Origin: an uncultured virus (IMG/VR IMGVR_UViG_3300021087_000002)
Taxonomy: Duplodnaviria > Heunggongvirae > Uroviricota > Caudoviricetes
Strand: one strand, 5' to 3'
Virus record (IMG/VR): IMGVR_UViG_3300021087_000002
Length of the DNA stretch: 64,000 nucleotides
The position numbers were made by a program, and so were the translations under genes. Numbering within the stretch: the first letter of the stretch is position 1; the number at the start of each line of letters is the position of its first letter. The notes under the pieces are model-generated. The model saw nothing but the letters and a program-made list of their open reading frames with translations, searched no databases and was not told where the DNA came from. Positions 38,527 through 48,249 of the stretch are shown here, piece by piece.

Positions 38527-38808
38527 ATGTCAGATATAGATTGGAAGAAACGCTTAGATCGGATCGAAACAAAGATGGATAAGATGAGCGATGTCTTAGT
38601 GTCATTGGCTCGTTTTGAAGAGAAAATGGACGCTTACAACGAATATAGAGAACGTTCATGGGATCGTATGAACAAGTTCTCAGAGAAGCTTGATGTAATT
38701 GAAAAGATGTGCGATGATAATGCTCGTACTGTACAAACTATTAATAAACTATTCTGGATAGCAATTGTTGCTATTTCGGGATCAATCGCCGCCCAATTGT
38801 GGATGTAA
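38527..38808 (+). CDS. Coiled-coil protein with C-terminal TM (XhlA/holin-like)
   Basis: Heptads then LFWIAIVAISGSIAAQLWM. Confidence 0.55.
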   Translation: MSDIDWKKRLDRIETKMDKMSDVLVSLARFEEKMDAYNEYRERSWDRMNKFSEKLDVIEKMCDDNARTVQTINKLFWIAIVAISGSIAAQLWM

Positions 38809-38819
38809 AGGAAAATCAC

Positions 38820-39605
38820 ATGGATAAAGATGTAATGACAAAGTTGGGCGATGCATACGCAGAAGTCCAAGAAGCAAATGCAAAACAAAGAGCATTGGCG
38901 AAAGCCGCTAAAGATGCTAAATCAAAGGACAAAGTGTCTCTTAAGAAGGCACCTTGGGACAAGAAGGAAGAAGTAGAAGAAGATGCTTCTAACGACAAGT
39001 CTGATGATGGTGAAGGTCTGGATAAAGCAGATCCTAAAGCCGCTAAGAAGAAGTTCAAAGATCGTAAAGATAAAGATATCGATAACGATGGTGACACTGA
39101 CTCGTCTGATGAGTACCTTCATAAACGCCGTAAAGCTATTAGTAAAGATATGGCTAAGGAAGAAAAAGACGAAACTACTCCTTGTTCTGAGTGCGATGGA
39201 TCAACAGAGAACCACGCAAAGGATTGTCCAAAGAACCCTGATGTTAAAAAGGGTGGATCGGAGAAAGCAGTTATGAATCCTAAAGCTGATACTAAAGTCG
39301 AAACTAAAGAAAATAAGAAATGGGTTGTTTACAACCGTATCATGGAAAAGGCACGTGCTGACCAGACTAAGAATGCTGTCAAAGCTATGGATCCAGAAGA
39401 TAATCAATCTGGTGAAGAGAAGAAGTTTGTTGATGACCACGAAAAGATGGGAGTTGCAGACAAACAGTCAGATGTAGCTGATATCGCAGTAGCAATCAAA
39501 AAGAATAAACAAGCTATCGATAACCCAACTAAACCAGCCGCACTTCGCCCTGGAGACAATAAGCAAGGTGACTTGAAGGCTGATAAGCCAGAAGGAAAAA
39601 TGTAA
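38820..39605 (+). CDS. K/D/E-rich low-complexity protein with DxDxDG motif
   Basis: DKDIDNDGDTDSSDEYLHKRRKAI; CSECDG. Confidence 0.7.
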   Translation: MDKDVMTKLGDAYAEVQEANAKQRALAKAAKDAKSKDKVSLKKAPWDKKEEVEEDASNDKSDDGEGLDKADPKAAKKKFKDRKDKDIDNDGDTDSSDEYLHKRRKAISKDMAKEEKDETTPCSECDGSTENHAKDCPKNPDVKKGGSEKAVMNPKADTKVETKENKKWVVYNRIMEKARADQTKNAVKAMDPEDNQSGEEKKFVDDHEKMGVADKQSDVADIAVAIKKNKQAIDNPTKPAALRPGDNKQGDLKADKPEGKM

Positions 39606-39938
39606 ATGATTAAACCCCCACAGTGGTGCTCAAAGGCTATTCCAACTGTTCGTGGATGGAAACATCACGCACGTAGAGAGATCTTGAAGCCTATGCGCTT
39701 CACTCAAGAACAGGTAGATGAATATATGAATCATATTAATGGTGAACCAGAAGTAATCGTGGAAGTTCCTACAATCGAAGAACCAGCTATGTTAAACGAA
39801 GCACCTGTTCCGGGTAATTTGGAAGACATGACTAAGGTACAACTTGAGGCATTAGGTCGTCAAAATGGTATCGAACTTGACCGTAGGAAGGGTAAAAAAA
39901 CTTTGATAGATACAGTTAAGAAAGTACTGAAATCATAA
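39606..39938 (+). CDS. Hypothetical protein with C-terminal HeH/Rho_N-like motif
   Basis: LEDMTKVQLEALGRQNGIELDRRKGKKTLI. Confidence 0.65.
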   Translation: MIKPPQWCSKAIPTVRGWKHHARREILKPMRFTQEQVDEYMNHINGEPEVIVEVPTIEEPAMLNEAPVPGNLEDMTKVQLEALGRQNGIELDRRKGKKTLIDTVKKVLKS

Positions 39939-39955
39939 TCAAAGTGAAGTAGTCT

Positions 39956-40318
39956 ATGGAAATACAATTAACTGAGGATAACATCCCACTATATGCCGCC
40001 AAGCATTATTACAATCCACTTGGATCGGATCATGAAGAGTTTATAGAAGACTTAAAGAGACTGAAATACGTTAAGCGGTTGGTGAACAGATTTACTGAAA
40101 CAGGATATCTGGCTGACCGCCTAATACTCAATCATCTGATTGTTATTCATAATGTGTTCGGTGTACAGCCAGGTGTGGCTATGTTGAGGATCAAATTGAC
40201 AGATGACCAAATGTGTGTCATTAAACCCTTCTTGGTTTTTCTACGGTACATTACGAATGAAGAAATCACTAATGTGCCTATGGATCCTATAGTGGTCGAA
40301 AGGTTAAGGAATATATAA
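39956..40318 (+). CDS. Conserved T4-like hypothetical protein
   Basis: YAAKHYYNP, EFIEDLKRLKYVKRL, RLILNHLIVIHNVFG. Confidence 0.8.
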   Translation: MEIQLTEDNIPLYAAKHYYNPLGSDHEEFIEDLKRLKYVKRLVNRFTETGYLADRLILNHLIVIHNVFGVQPGVAMLRIKLTDDQMCVIKPFLVFLRYITNEEITNVPMDPIVVERLRNI

Positions 40319-40879
40319 ATGGGCATACTATCAAGAGCAGGAGACCTAGTCTATACATTGCGTTTTCTCAGGCTTTTAACAACGCCTTTTGAGAACACGA
40401 CTGCGTATGAGATGGGTCTTATTGATGATAAAGGTAAGGTTCTAAAGAAAGCTTCTACACCAGAAGAAAAGAGTGCACACAATGCATTCCATAAGCTCGT
40501 ATTTAATATTAAGAAACTAATACCAGGAAAACGATTTGGTTCGTATGCCGCCGCACTATATCTTCTTAAAGAGAAGTATGGAGTATCTAACTTCGAAAAG
40601 ATCTTAAAGGAGAGTGGTATAGATACACTAGACTTTATGGCAGAAGATAGTGAGTGGTTTGTATTAGAGAATAAACAATTATCCCCTGGCGTGTACAGGG
40701 TAAATGGTGACAAAGTAATTAATGATACATGTGAAGAAGTTGTTACCAAAAGAGATCAGGTAAGAATTAAAGAAGACTCTTTCCCTATCGGAGATGTCCT
40801 AGGATTGGACATTTATGAGGTAACTCATATGAGAACAGGTAAAGAGATCTACATCACGGCAGGAGAATTAATCAGATGA
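40319..40879 (+). CDS. Conserved T4-like hypothetical protein
   Basis: YTLRFLRLLTTPF...AYEMGLIDDKG, FHKLVFNIKK. Confidence 0.8.
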   Translation: MGILSRAGDLVYTLRFLRLLTTPFENTTAYEMGLIDDKGKVLKKASTPEEKSAHNAFHKLVFNIKKLIPGKRFGSYAAALYLLKEKYGVSNFEKILKESGIDTLDFMAEDSEWFVLENKQLSPGVYRVNGDKVINDTCEEVVTKRDQVRIKEDSFPIGDVLGLDIYEVTHMRTGKEIYITAGELIR

Positions 40880-41052
40880 TTAAAGAAGATGCACCTACTA
40901 ACTCAGTGGCACATGGCGGTGTTGATATGGCACCCAATGCAGTACCTAAACCTAAAGAGATTAGTGTAACAGATAAAAGACATTCTAAAAAGAAACAACC
41001 AGTGTTGTTAAAGAGATTTAGAAAGTTTCAAGAGGGTTGGAAGAATGGCTAA
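40876..41052 (+). CDS. Small protein (58 aa, MIKEDAPTNS...), not in ORF track
   Basis: SD aggag, ATGA overlap, translated by hand. Confidence 0.65.
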   Translation: MIKEDAPTNSVAHGGVDMAPNAVPKPKEISVTDKRHSKKKQPVLLKRFRKFQEGWKNG

Positions 41053-41461
41053 AGTATACCTATTCATAATCCTAGTATCTATCTTAGGATCCAGTGGATA
41101 TGGTGGATACAGATATTACTTATGGTCTCAAGAGACTATGAACACACTTCGTGAGAACAATGTGAAGTTAGAAGCTGTTACAGTTACACAGGCTAACACC
41201 ATCAAAGAGATGACAGAGAATGCAGAACGTAATGAAGCATTAAATGCAAACCTAACTAAAGCACTACAGAACTCACAAGTACACTTGGATGCTTTGAGAA
41301 GTAAATTCTCGAAGATTGATTTAACTATGGAAGCTATAACAAACCCACAAGGTTTGGAAGAAAGGGTTGACAATGCAGTCGCTAGACTTATTAAAAGAAT
41401 TGAAGATGAAACATCTCCTCCTACTGACACCGATGATGCTGATGGGGTGTCTGGGCAGTAA
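41045..41461 (+). CDS. Putative inner-membrane spanin (Rz-like)
   Basis: N-terminal TM plus long coiled coil; overlaps a lipoprotein gene. Confidence 0.65.
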   Translation: MAKVYLFIILVSILGSSGYGGYRYYLWSQETMNTLRENNVKLEAVTVTQANTIKEMTENAERNEALNANLTKALQNSQVHLDALRSKFSKIDLTMEAITNPQGLEERVDNAVARLIKRIEDETSPPTDTDDADGVSGQ

Positions 41462-41768
41462 CGTAGAACCGAAGGTAATTACGCAAACAGAATTTGTGCA
41501 ACAATCTGTGCCTATCCAAGCCAGACCTAAAGGTGTGGCTATGCCACCTGTAGATTGGTATGTGGTTAATGGAGATAACGTTGACGAATTCCTACAGAGA
41601 GTTCAAGACGATACTGGACAACCAGTCTTCTTTGCTATTACACCTAAAGGATATGAGAACCTAGCACTAGGCATTGGTGACCTACGCCGATACATCAAAG
41701 ACACTCAGGCTATTGTTGGATACTATGAGGAAGCTCTAGATCCAAAGGAAGAGCCAACTGAGGAATAG
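41406..41768 (+). CDS. Putative outer-membrane spanin lipoprotein (Rz1-like)
   Basis: MKHLLLLTPMMLMGC lipobox, Pro-rich linker; start lies inside the upstream gene. Confidence 0.65.
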   Translation: MKHLLLLTPMMLMGCLGSNVEPKVITQTEFVQQSVPIQARPKGVAMPPVDWYVVNGDNVDEFLQRVQDDTGQPVFFAITPKGYENLALGIGDLRRYIKDTQAIVGYYEEALDPKEEPTEE

Positions 41769-41813
41769 TGTCACATGTAGTGAATTAATTTGATTATTTA
41801 CTACATTTAGCTA

Positions 41814-41842
41814 TTTACAAAGACTCAATAATGCTATATAAT
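41814..41842 (+). promoter_or_regulatory. sigma70-type promoter of nrdB-nrdA
   Basis: TTTACA-17-TATAAT; 9-bp hairpin 41852-41875 in the leader. Confidence 0.7.
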
Positions 41843-41897
41843 ACTACCAATTGGGATGAGTATCCTCTCATCCCATTTTCTATGGAGAATCCCCTAC

Positions 41898-42869
41898 ATG
41901 CTGTTCGAAGAACAAATTTCAAGAAAGCCAGATCTCTATCCATGGACTAAACAGTTCATTGAGGCGATATGGAAAGGCTTTTGGACACCCGAAGAATTCA
42001 ATTTCCGCTCAGACTATTCACAATTTAAAAATGATTTAACTCCCGCAGAACAGCAAGTTGTTGTTAAAACAATGTCTGCAATTGGTCAGATCGAAATCGC
42101 AGTTAAATCCTTTTGGGCAGATGTAGGCAATAACTTACCACACCCATCAATCAAAGATCTTGGTTACGCTATGGCTAACTCAGAAGTCATTCACAATATG
42201 GCATATGAAAAGATCCTAGACGTATTGCATCTTACTCATGTATTTGAGGAGAACCTAAACGTTGACGTTATTAAAGGTCGTGTGGATTATCTTCGTAAGT
42301 ACAATAAGAAAGTTTACAAAGATGCACGTAAACAATACATTTATTCAATTGCCCTCTTTACATTGTTTGTAGAAAATGTTAGTCTGTTCTCGCAGTTCTA
42401 TATCATTATGCACATGAATCGTAATAAGGCAGTGATGAAGGACTGTGCACAACAAGTACAATATACACGTAATGAAGAGATGCTACATGCTCAAGTGGGT
42501 ATCAAGCTGATTCAAACATTGCGTGAAGAGTATCCAGAATTGTTTGATGATGAAATGGAACAGCGTATCAAAGAAGAGTGTGTAGAATCTCTACGTGCAG
42601 AAAGCAAAGTAATTGATTGGATTATGGACGGACACTCTGCACCCGGACTAAGTGCTGATATCCTAAAGTCTTTCATTGCAAAACGCATGGCAGACAGCAT
42701 GGATTCTATTGGCATAGATAGTTCTGAAATCGTATATGATGAAGGACACATTGAAGAGACTTTTTGGTTTGATGAAGAACTGTATGGTGCAAACATGACA
42801 GACTTCTTCCAGAAACGTCCTGTTGAGTATGCAAAAGGTAAAGGCATTTCCGCCGATGACTTATTTTGA
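41898..42869 (+). CDS. nrdB: Ribonucleotide reductase class I beta subunit
   Basis: FWTPEE, EVIHNMAY (radical Tyr), ENVSLFSQF, NEEMLH, DFFQKRPVEY. Confidence 0.93.
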   Translation: MLFEEQISRKPDLYPWTKQFIEAIWKGFWTPEEFNFRSDYSQFKNDLTPAEQQVVVKTMSAIGQIEIAVKSFWADVGNNLPHPSIKDLGYAMANSEVIHNMAYEKILDVLHLTHVFEENLNVDVIKGRVDYLRKYNKKVYKDARKQYIYSIALFTLFVENVSLFSQFYIIMHMNRNKAVMKDCAQQVQYTRNEEMLHAQVGIKLIQTLREEYPELFDDEMEQRIKEECVESLRAESKVIDWIMDGHSAPGLSADILKSFIAKRMADSMDSIGIDSSEIVYDEGHIEETFWFDEELYGANMTDFFQKRPVEYAKGKGISADDLF

Positions 42870-42879
42870 GGAGTAGATA

Positions 42880-44529
42880 ATGGGCTTTGAATGGGCTAAC
42901 GAAGATTCACGGACATTCCTGTCTCGTGGATACATTGACGGTAACATGACCGTTGAAGAAAGAGTACGTAACATTGCACAAGCGGCAGAGAAGTCTCTTG
43001 GCATTGAAGATACAGGTTGGAGTGATAAGTTCTATGACTATATGAGTCGTGGTTTCTATTCACTATCAAGTCCTGTATGGGCTAACTACGGAACACAAAA
43101 GGGATTACCTATCTCATGTAATGGTGTGTTCATTGATGATGACATGGAAAGCATCTTAGGTAAGGTTGCTGAAGTTGGAATGCAAACAAAGATGGGTGCA
43201 GGAACTTCGGGTTACTTTGGTGCATTACGTTCACGTGGCACACCTATCAAATCAGGTGGTACGGCAGATGGTCCTGTACACTTTATGAACTTAACTGAAA
43301 CTACTGTAGATGTGGTTGCACAGGGTAATGTTCGTAGAGGATCCTTTGCGGCATATCTTGACATTGAAAGTCCAGACATCATGGAGTTCCTTGAGTGTCG
43401 TGAAGAGGGTTCTTCTATTATCAATCTAAGCCTTGGTGTTACGATTGGTGATGAGTGGATGCAGTCTATGATTGATGGAGATGCTGACAAACGTACCATT
43501 TGGGCAAGGATCTTACGTAAACGCCGTGAAAGTGGATACCCTTACTTGTTCTTTAAAGACACAGTAAACAATGCACGTCCTAAAGCACTACGTGATCAGA
43601 ATATCCCTATTTGGGCATCTAACCTATGTTCAGAGATTGCACTACCATCATCAGAAGATGAATCATTTGTATGTAACCTAGCTTCTATGAATTTGCTCAA
43701 GTATGACGAGTGGAAAGAAACAGATGCTGTTGAAGTTATGATCTGGTTCCTTGATGCAGTTATGGAAGAGTACATCGAAAAGACTGATGGTATCAAGTTT
43801 ATGGAAGCATCAAACAATTTTGCTAGACGTTGGAGAGCATTAGGTCTTGGTCAACTTGGTTGGCATTCATATCTACAATCTAGAATGATCCCATTTGAGT
43901 CATTTGAAGCACATATGCTCACCGTAGAGATTTCTAAGTTTATTGAAGATCGTTCCCATGCCGCATCTAAAGAGTTGGCTATCGAATATGGCGAACCAGA
44001 AGGTATGCTTGGTTATGGTATGCGCAATCTCACAACTTGTGCAATTGCTCCGACAACAAGTTCTTCTTTCATCTTAGGTCAAGTATCGCCATCTATTGAA
44101 CCGTTAGCATCTAACTACTTCACTAAAGATCTTGCCAAAGGTAAGTTTACATATCGTAATCCGTATCTTGATGCAGTGATTAACGAATACCCTGTAGATC
44201 ATAAAGAAGTATGGATGTCTATCCTAAAGCATGGCGGATCTGTTCAGCACCTAGACTTTCTTTCTGATAACGAAAAGAGTGTATTTAAGACGTTCAGTGA
44301 AATCACACCACTAGTAATTGTCCAACAGGCAGGTGCAAGGCAGAAATATATAGATCAAGCACAAAGTTTAAACATTATGATTCACCCCGATGTATCCGCT
44401 AAAGATGTGAATGCATTGATTATTGAGGGTTGGAAATTAGGTGTTAAGACGTTTTATTATCAGAGGTCTGCTAATCCAGCACAAGAACTGGTAAGAGACA
44501 TCATGAACTGTGCGGCATGTGAGGCATAA
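42880..44529 (+). CDS. nrdA: Ribonucleotide reductase class I alpha subunit (no ATP cone)
   Basis: PISC, SNLCSEI, APTTSS, KTFYY, C-terminal CAACEA. Confidence 0.95.
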   Translation: MGFEWANEDSRTFLSRGYIDGNMTVEERVRNIAQAAEKSLGIEDTGWSDKFYDYMSRGFYSLSSPVWANYGTQKGLPISCNGVFIDDDMESILGKVAEVGMQTKMGAGTSGYFGALRSRGTPIKSGGTADGPVHFMNLTETTVDVVAQGNVRRGSFAAYLDIESPDIMEFLECREEGSSIINLSLGVTIGDEWMQSMIDGDADKRTIWARILRKRRESGYPYLFFKDTVNNARPKALRDQNIPIWASNLCSEIALPSSEDESFVCNLASMNLLKYDEWKETDAVEVMIWFLDAVMEEYIEKTDGIKFMEASNNFARRWRALGLGQLGWHSYLQSRMIPFESFEAHMLTVEISKFIEDRSHAASKELAIEYGEPEGMLGYGMRNLTTCAIAPTTSSSFILGQVSPSIEPLASNYFTKDLAKGKFTYRNPYLDAVINEYPVDHKEVWMSILKHGGSVQHLDFLSDNEKSVFKTFSEITPLVIVQQAGARQKYIDQAQSLNIMIHPDVSAKDVNALIIEGWKLGVKTFYYQRSANPAQELVRDIMNCAACEA

Positions 44530-44540
44530 GAAGGAACACA

Positions 44541-44690
44541 ATGGCAAGAGCAACTAAGATTGAATGTCCGATATGTGGCGAAGAGACACTAGTGGAAGTA
44601 ATATCAGGCGAAGACCCCAACCACTGTCCCATGTGTGGACATCCAGTTATTATTGAAGAAGACGGATATGACGAGGAAGATGACTACTAA
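44541..44690 (+). CDS. Small zinc-ribbon protein (49 aa) with acidic tail, not in ORF track
   Basis: CPICG...CPMCG; SD aagga. Confidence 0.75.
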   Translation: MARATKIECPICGEETLVEVISGEDPNHCPMCGHPVIIEEDGYDEEDDY

Positions 44691-44715
44691 ATAGCACTGT
44701 AATATGAGGTGATCT

Positions 44716-45156
44716 ATGTGGTTATATGAAAATAAAGAATTTAAGCCCACCCACGAGGAGTTATCCCAATGGGTGGGTTTTGTGTATGAAATTACTGATA
44801 CCGCTAACGGTATGAAGTATATCGGTAAGAAGACCTTTTGGTCTAAACGCCGACTAGCCCCACTCAAGGGAAAGACTAGAAAACGTATCGTAGTAAAAGA
44901 ATCCGATTGGATGGAATACTACGGATCCAACGAAGCAATCAAACAAATACTGACAGAAGACGTTGCAGAACGTTTTAGCCGTTCTATCGTGCGTTTATGT
45001 ACAAGTAAGGGGGAAATGTCTTATATGGAAGCTAAAGAACAATTTGATAAAAACGTCCTTTTTGACCCGAATTATTATAATGAATTCATAGGGTTAAAGT
45101 GCCACTCAAAGCACGTTTCCCATTTAGCCCCGGAAATGATCAATGGTAGACGTTAA
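44716..45156 (+). CDS. denA: GIY-YIG endonuclease II-like
   Basis: GFVYEIT...YIGKKTFW, ESDWMEYYGS. Confidence 0.85.
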   Translation: MWLYENKEFKPTHEELSQWVGFVYEITDTANGMKYIGKKTFWSKRRLAPLKGKTRKRIVVKESDWMEYYGSNEAIKQILTEDVAERFSRSIVRLCTSKGEMSYMEAKEQFDKNVLFDPNYYNEFIGLKCHSKHVSHLAPEMINGRR

Positions 45157-45355
45157 AAGAGCTAACGAACTGCATTGGGCAGTCAAAGGTCATCTGATAC
45201 CAGAGGTATATGACTTAGACGAAATCCAAAGGATCTATGATAGCTACCTGTTACGTATGTGGGGAAACCACGAATACTGTTATAGATTAGAAGGTTTCGA
45301 AGAAGCTTGGGAAGAACGTCAAATGCGAAAGGTTGTAATGAAAGGTTACGATTAA
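45143..45355 (+). CDS. Hypothetical protein
   Basis: Coupled ORF. Confidence 0.6.
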   Translation: MVDVKRANELHWAVKGHLIPEVYDLDEIQRIYDSYLLRMWGNHEYCYRLEGFEEAWEERQMRKVVMKGYD

Positions 45356-45358
45356 CAC

Positions 45359-45387
45359 TTGACACACTATTTGTCATATGCTATATT
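45359..45387 (+). promoter_or_regulatory. Early promoter
   Basis: TTGACA-17-TATATT with TG extension. Confidence 0.75.
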
Positions 45388-45416
45388 AGTTATGATAACA
45401 AATAGGAGTGATTCGA

Positions 45417-45653
45417 ATGGATGATATCATAACATATAAAGGTCAAGAGTTTGACGGTATTCATGGAGGACCTTTTGACAGGGGCATTATGGATTCTTAT
45501 TATCGTAGGGGTTATAGTCCTCACAAGTATCCTAACGGAACTCACAACCTACCACGTATCGATAAAGATAATGGGCTGACTGCCGATGAGACTCATGCAT
45601 ACTGTATGGGATTTGAATATAATGAAGAATGTGGAGATTATAAAGAATGGTAA
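45417..45653 (+). CDS. Hypothetical protein
   Basis: HGGPFDRG..DSYYRR...PH motif; SD aggag. Confidence 0.7.
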   Translation: MDDIITYKGQEFDGIHGGPFDRGIMDSYYRRGYSPHKYPNGTHNLPRIDKDNGLTADETHAYCMGFEYNEECGDYKEW

Positions 45654-45823
45654 AACAGAAAATGTTTGTTGCAAAATACATGCTATTTAATGGTGTATCC
45701 AAAGAAGCTTACTTTACATCGAATAAAGAAGCAATGAAATGGGTTACTGAAGCAAATAGTAGTAATCTACTAGAAAGCTTTATCATCGATAATCGTGATG
45801 TTGGAATGGAAGAGTTCATATGA
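45647..45823 (+). CDS. Small hypothetical protein (58 aa), not in ORF track
   Basis: Fills the gap, overlaps both neighbours. Confidence 0.55.
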   Translation: MVKQKMFVAKYMLFNGVSKEAYFTSNKEAMKWVTEANSSNLLESFIIDNRDVGMEEFI

Positions 45824-46662
45824 TATTAATTGATTACAATGCTATTGCGGTAAGTACGTTTCTATCGTCAAAGGTAGATCCAACTGAAGATGCTTTACGG
45901 CATATGATTCTTAACCAGATCCGTATGTATCGTGCCAAATACTTTAAAGAGTTTGGTGAGGTATGTATTGTTGCTGATGGTACAGGAAACTTCCGCAAAG
46001 ATATCTTTCCACAATACAAACATAAGCGTAGGAAGTCACGTGACGAAGGTAGTATTGATTGGAATGAAGTGTTTCGTTGTATCAATCTTATTCGTGATGA
46101 GATCCGTGATAACTTTCCATATCGAGTCGTACATCAAGAAGGTTGTGAGGCCGATGATTCTATTGCGCAAATTTGTTACAACACACAAGAGTTTGGTTGC
46201 TATGAGCCAGTGATGATTATATCTGGTGATAAAGACTTTGCTCAACTACAAACACTGAAGAATGTGCAACAGTATTCTCCTGTCACAAAAAAGATGATAG
46301 TAGAGCCAAACCCACGTTTCTTTTTAGAAGATCATATCCTTAAAGGTGATGCTTCTGATGGTGTTCCTAATGTACTGAGTGACGATAATGTGTTTGTTGA
46401 TGAACGTAGACAGAATACCTTAACTGCTAAAAAGAAAGCAATGCTTATGGAAGATCCATCTGCACTAGGAGACGAAGTCCTACGTAACATACATCGTAAT
46501 CGTAAGCTGATAGACCTCAAAGAGTGTCCAGAAAGTGTAAAACAAGATATTATAAATAACTACGATAGTCAAGACCCTTCAGCTAATAATACTAAGGTTC
46601 TTAATTATCTCTTGACTAATCGATGTAGATTATTAATTGAAAGTGTAGGAGAGTTTATTTAA
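45820..46662 (+). CDS. rnh: RNase H / 5'-3' exonuclease (T4 rnh)
   Basis: ILIDYN, YKHKRR, EADD, SGDKDF.QL, GDASDGVPN. Confidence 0.93.
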   Translation: MILIDYNAIAVSTFLSSKVDPTEDALRHMILNQIRMYRAKYFKEFGEVCIVADGTGNFRKDIFPQYKHKRRKSRDEGSIDWNEVFRCINLIRDEIRDNFPYRVVHQEGCEADDSIAQICYNTQEFGCYEPVMIISGDKDFAQLQTLKNVQQYSPVTKKMIVEPNPRFFLEDHILKGDASDGVPNVLSDDNVFVDERRQNTLTAKKKAMLMEDPSALGDEVLRNIHRNRKLIDLKECPESVKQDIINNYDSQDPSANNTKVLNYLLTNRCRLLIESVGEFI

Positions 46663-46663
46663 C

Positions 46664-47086
46664 ATGACACTAGTTTATGAAGTTCTGCAAGACGTTCTAA
46701 ATGCAGAGACAAAAGAGGATCGAATTAAGATTCTTAAAAAGAATGAATCATGGCCTTTAAAGGACATTATTCGTGGAACCATGGACGAGACAGTAAAGTG
46801 GAATTTACCAAAAGGTGCTCCACCATATACGCCTAACGTAGAAGGTTCCGCACCATCATCCCTAGCAAAACAACATAAGAAGTTTGTCAACTTTGTAAAA
46901 GGTGGACCCGGTGACAACTTGCCGCCTATTCGAAGAGAGAACTTGTTTGTTGAAATCTTAGAAGCCATACATCCCAAAGATGCGCTCTTGGTGATTGATA
47001 TGATCAATAAGAAACGGATGAAGGGTTTGACCCGAAAAGTTGTTTATGAATCCTTCCCAGGATTACTCAAGGATGCCTCTGGCTAA
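46664..47086 (+). CDS. Conserved T4-like hypothetical protein
   Basis: WNLPKGAPPY, RRENLFVEILEAIHP. Confidence 0.8.
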   Translation: MTLVYEVLQDVLNAETKEDRIKILKKNESWPLKDIIRGTMDETVKWNLPKGAPPYTPNVEGSAPSSLAKQHKKFVNFVKGGPGDNLPPIRRENLFVEILEAIHPKDALLVIDMINKKRMKGLTRKVVYESFPGLLKDASG

Positions 47087-47117
47087 TGAATAACCAAAAA
47101 CTGTAACCAACTAACCG

Positions 47118-47148
47118 AGGTCATCCCATTAATGGGTTGGCCTTTTTT
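47118..47148 (+). terminator. Rho-independent terminator
   Basis: aggtcatccca-ttaa-tgggttggcct followed by T run. Confidence 0.7.
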
Positions 47149-47170
47149 ACTTTAAGGAAAACTAACTAAT

Positions 47171-47344
47171 ATGATATCAGCACAAATTGAGCGTCTCAAA
47201 AGAGACTCACGTGAACTAACAACATATTCAAAGAAACTGGCTAAAAAGGGTAGAAGCGACTTAGTCCATAAGATTATGTTAAAGAAAGAGTTCATTGATC
47301 AGCACATAGCGGATGTAGTGTCGGAGCAAAATAAGTTAAATTAA
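47171..47344 (+). CDS. Small basic helical protein (57 aa), not in ORF track
   Basis: SD aagga; MISAQIERLKRDSREL... Confidence 0.65.
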   Translation: MISAQIERLKRDSRELTTYSKKLAKKGRSDLVHKIMLKKEFIDQHIADVVSEQNKLN

Positions 47345-47358
47345 TCTAAAGGAATCGC

Positions 47359-47387
47359 TTGACACCTTTGCTGATTGTGTGTATAAT
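47359..47387 (+). promoter_or_regulatory. sigma70 promoter
   Basis: TTGACA-17-TATAAT. Confidence 0.82.
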
Positions 47388-47420
47388 AAGATAACATTGT
47401 TAGCAAAGGTGGAGAGTATT

Positions 47421-47990
47421 ATGAATATCTTTATATTAGATAAGTGTCCTGTCAAATCAGCACAGATGCAGTGCGATAAACATGTAGTTAAAATGATCCT
47501 AGAAAGTGGTCAAATGCTATCTACTGCACACCGTATGTTAGACGGTAAACTAACAAAACGTCCATCACAATCAGGCAAGACTATGTCTAAGTATTGGGAG
47601 CTATCAGATCCTATTATGGAAAAAGCACTATACAAAGCTGTGCATACTGGTCACCCATGTACTGTATGGACTATGGAAACTAATTCTAATTACAATTGGC
47701 ATTACAAACACTTCATTGCTCTATGCGATGAGTATACCAAACGTTATGGTAAGGTGCACATGACAGATACTAAACTGCGTGATATACTACGCCGCCCACC
47801 TGTAATGACTAACTACAGTAATGAGCGCACACCTTTTAGACTTGCTATGGGTGCATCACCAGAATGTATTGACCATTCAGATCCTATCGGTTCATACCGT
47901 AAGTTCTATCAAACCAAGCAAGAGCGTTTCTCTATGACTTGGACTAACTCTATCGTTCCAGATTGGTTTAGATATAACGTAGCTATATAA
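47421..47990 (+). CDS. Pyrimidine dimer DNA glycosylase-like protein
   Basis: MNIFILD, CDKHVVKMILESGQMLSTAH, HPCTVW, EYTKRYGKVH. Confidence 0.8.
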   Translation: MNIFILDKCPVKSAQMQCDKHVVKMILESGQMLSTAHRMLDGKLTKRPSQSGKTMSKYWELSDPIMEKALYKAVHTGHPCTVWTMETNSNYNWHYKHFIALCDEYTKRYGKVHMTDTKLRDILRRPPVMTNYSNERTPFRLAMGASPECIDHSDPIGSYRKFYQTKQERFSMTWTNSIVPDWFRYNVAI

Positions 47991-48015
47991 GAGCATAACA
48001 GATAATGGATGGATC

Positions 48016-48249
48016 ATGCCAGTATATACAATAAGAGACAAGCATAGCGGTGAAGAGTGGGATACCGTAATGTCATTTGGTGCTCTACAAGACTATCTCG
48101 AAGAAAACCCCAACTTAGTTCAAGCTTTATCAACACCCAAGATTGTTGCACAAACAGGTGGTACGTTGTCTAGAACATCAGATGGTTGGAAAGATCATCT
48201 AAACAATATGCATAAACATGCGGGACGAGAAAGTAAAATTAAAACATGA
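48016..48249 (+). CDS. FmdB-like small protein
   Basis: MPVYT..., YLEENP, DGWKD; lacks Cys. Confidence 0.6.
   Translation: MPVYTIRDKHSGEEWDTVMSFGALQDYLEENPNLVQALSTPKIVAQTGGTLSRTSDGWKDHLNNMHKHAGRESKIKT

Noticed and set aside
44541..44690. LysW-type carrier protein
   Set aside because: Zinc ribbon with acidic tail but no C-terminal EDWGE and no lys genes
44716..45156. Mobile GIY-YIG homing endonuclease or intron
   Set aside because: Short, with no DNA-binding extension, and matches the endonuclease II pattern; nrdA, nrdB and gp43 look uninterrupted, with no intein or intron seen
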